Assembly (NCBI GenBank): GCA_963514005.1
Contig: OY740811.1
Span: 11,594,001-11,658,000 of the forward strand
Source of the DNA: Raja brachyura
Lineage: Eukaryota
DNA: 64,000 nt
Direction: 5' to 3'
How positions within the stretch are numbered: position 1 is the first letter of the stretch; every line of letters starts with the position of its first letter. Positions 62,721-64,000 of the stretch are shown here, in pieces. Made by a program: the position numbers and the translations under genes. Below the pieces are notes generated by a model. The model was given only the letters and a program-made list of their open reading frames with translations, had not been told where the DNA came from and made no database searches.

Positions 62721-64000
62721 AATAAGGATGAAATTGTGTTACCCAATTCTATAAATTGCTAAATACTTCATACTCCAGAGGACATAGTCATAGTGAAATA
62801 GATTTATCTACAATCATCAACCATTGTCTTCCCAATACCCTCCTTCTCAAACCACATACAACCAACAGTTAGATCCTCGAAGTACCACAGTAAAATTCCA
62901 ATAATCCATAGTTTGAAAACCCTACTTTAAGATTCTGACCCCTGCAGGACACCATTTGCCAAGTTCTCACCAAACTCAGAATTACTGGGAATGTTATCGT
63001 AAACAAACATGAATCAAGATGCTGGGTTATTAATAGGATTAGCATCTAATAATTTGAAAAATCAGCTGGTCTGGTACCAAAGTTTCAAGGATGCCAGAAC
63101 ACTACTTGTATAGTAAATTCACCACAGAACTAATGCAAACTACTGGAGCATTATTGCAACTTACGCTCACATAATAAACCTAGAGACTAGATCTATATCT
63201 TCCAACATTCTTCCCCTTCCTCCCCCCTTCTGCCATCATTATTTTTAGCAAGGCTGGAAGACCCAAACATTGCCAAACACCGTTGCTGTTTTTTTTTTTT
63301 AAAGCACCAAAAAGCTTCAGACCCTGATCCAGATGAGTATGCATTTACCATCTGTGCAAACTATCAAACATAGCTGCAGAGAACAATGCTGAGGTTCCAG
63401 TCTTAAAAACAGGCCATATGAGGAATCGCTGCACAGCAACGGAGTGAGTAAACAGAAGAGTGGGGGCAGTTGAATAAAGCAAATGAGCACAATTGAGGCT
63501 GGCCTGAAGATCTGGAGAAGGCACTCTGCGGTAGCATCAAACACAGAGTGGAGGCTGCCCAGAGGAATTATGTAGTAATCTACAGGTTGAATCAAGCCAA
63601 TCTGAAAAGTAAATTATAGGAAGGGTGGGGTGGTGGGGGGGGGGGGGGGGGGGGGAAGAGAGACACACATACGGAACAAAATGAGACACAAAACTCAGTA
63701 TGACAATAAAGTACAAAACACTGCAATAATAGATGTACCATCTCCCAAGACTAGACACTAAACTGCAGTGCCAGCTGCCCTCAAGTGGATACAGCAGACC
63801 CAACCACATTATTTCAAGGAGTAGACAAGCTCACATCACCTTCCTCCCATGCTCCGGCCAAAAGTATTTTGTTCTCTCAACCAGGTCATTACCACACTTT
63901 AAATTATCGCTTTGAGAATAACCACGGTGGTGCCCAGATCTGGAAATCACAACAATAAACTTCCATAGACTGTCGTTGGCTGCAAAAGACTTTGGTCTTT

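Noticed and set aside
1-64000. CRISPR arrays, operons or other prokaryotic systems
   Set aside because: The sequence is a spliced vertebrate gene with dispersed retroelements; no regularly spaced repeat-spacer array is present.
18719-64000. SPSB1 exon 1 or promoter
   Set aside because: No CpG island outside transposons and no convincing donor-bounded first exon; it probably lies beyond the window.

Overview
Vertebrate genomic DNA, most likely from a cartilaginous fish such as a skate or ray; this is inferred from the repeat repertoire (V-SINEs, CR1, Rex1/Babar, Tx1, Neptune-type Penelope). The only host gene I can support is SPSB1 on the minus strand. Its coding exons are 18577-17887 (SPRY domain) and 1211-1084 (SOCS box), giving 272 aa, followed by a ~1 kb 3'UTR. 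Positions 18719-64000 are probably intron 1, because no convincing first exon or promoter CpG island is visible. Both introns are dense with transposon relics. The most notable structure is a family of about 25 short elements derived from the 3' end of a Penelope-like retroelement. They carry a minimal hammerhead-ribozyme motif (CTGAAGA-A-GGGTCTCGACCC-GAAAC-GTC) and, where intact, form fold-back hairpins with a ~34-nt tail between 14-16 bp target-site duplications (TSDs). The best copy is a perfect 94-bp palindrome, and two sister copies share the target motif ACCCACTG. A 33-codon in-frame uORF with a hydrophobic C-terminus ends 9 nt upstream of the SPSB1 start codon. Repeat family names come from motif recognition, not database searches, and boundaries of degenerate repeats are approximate.
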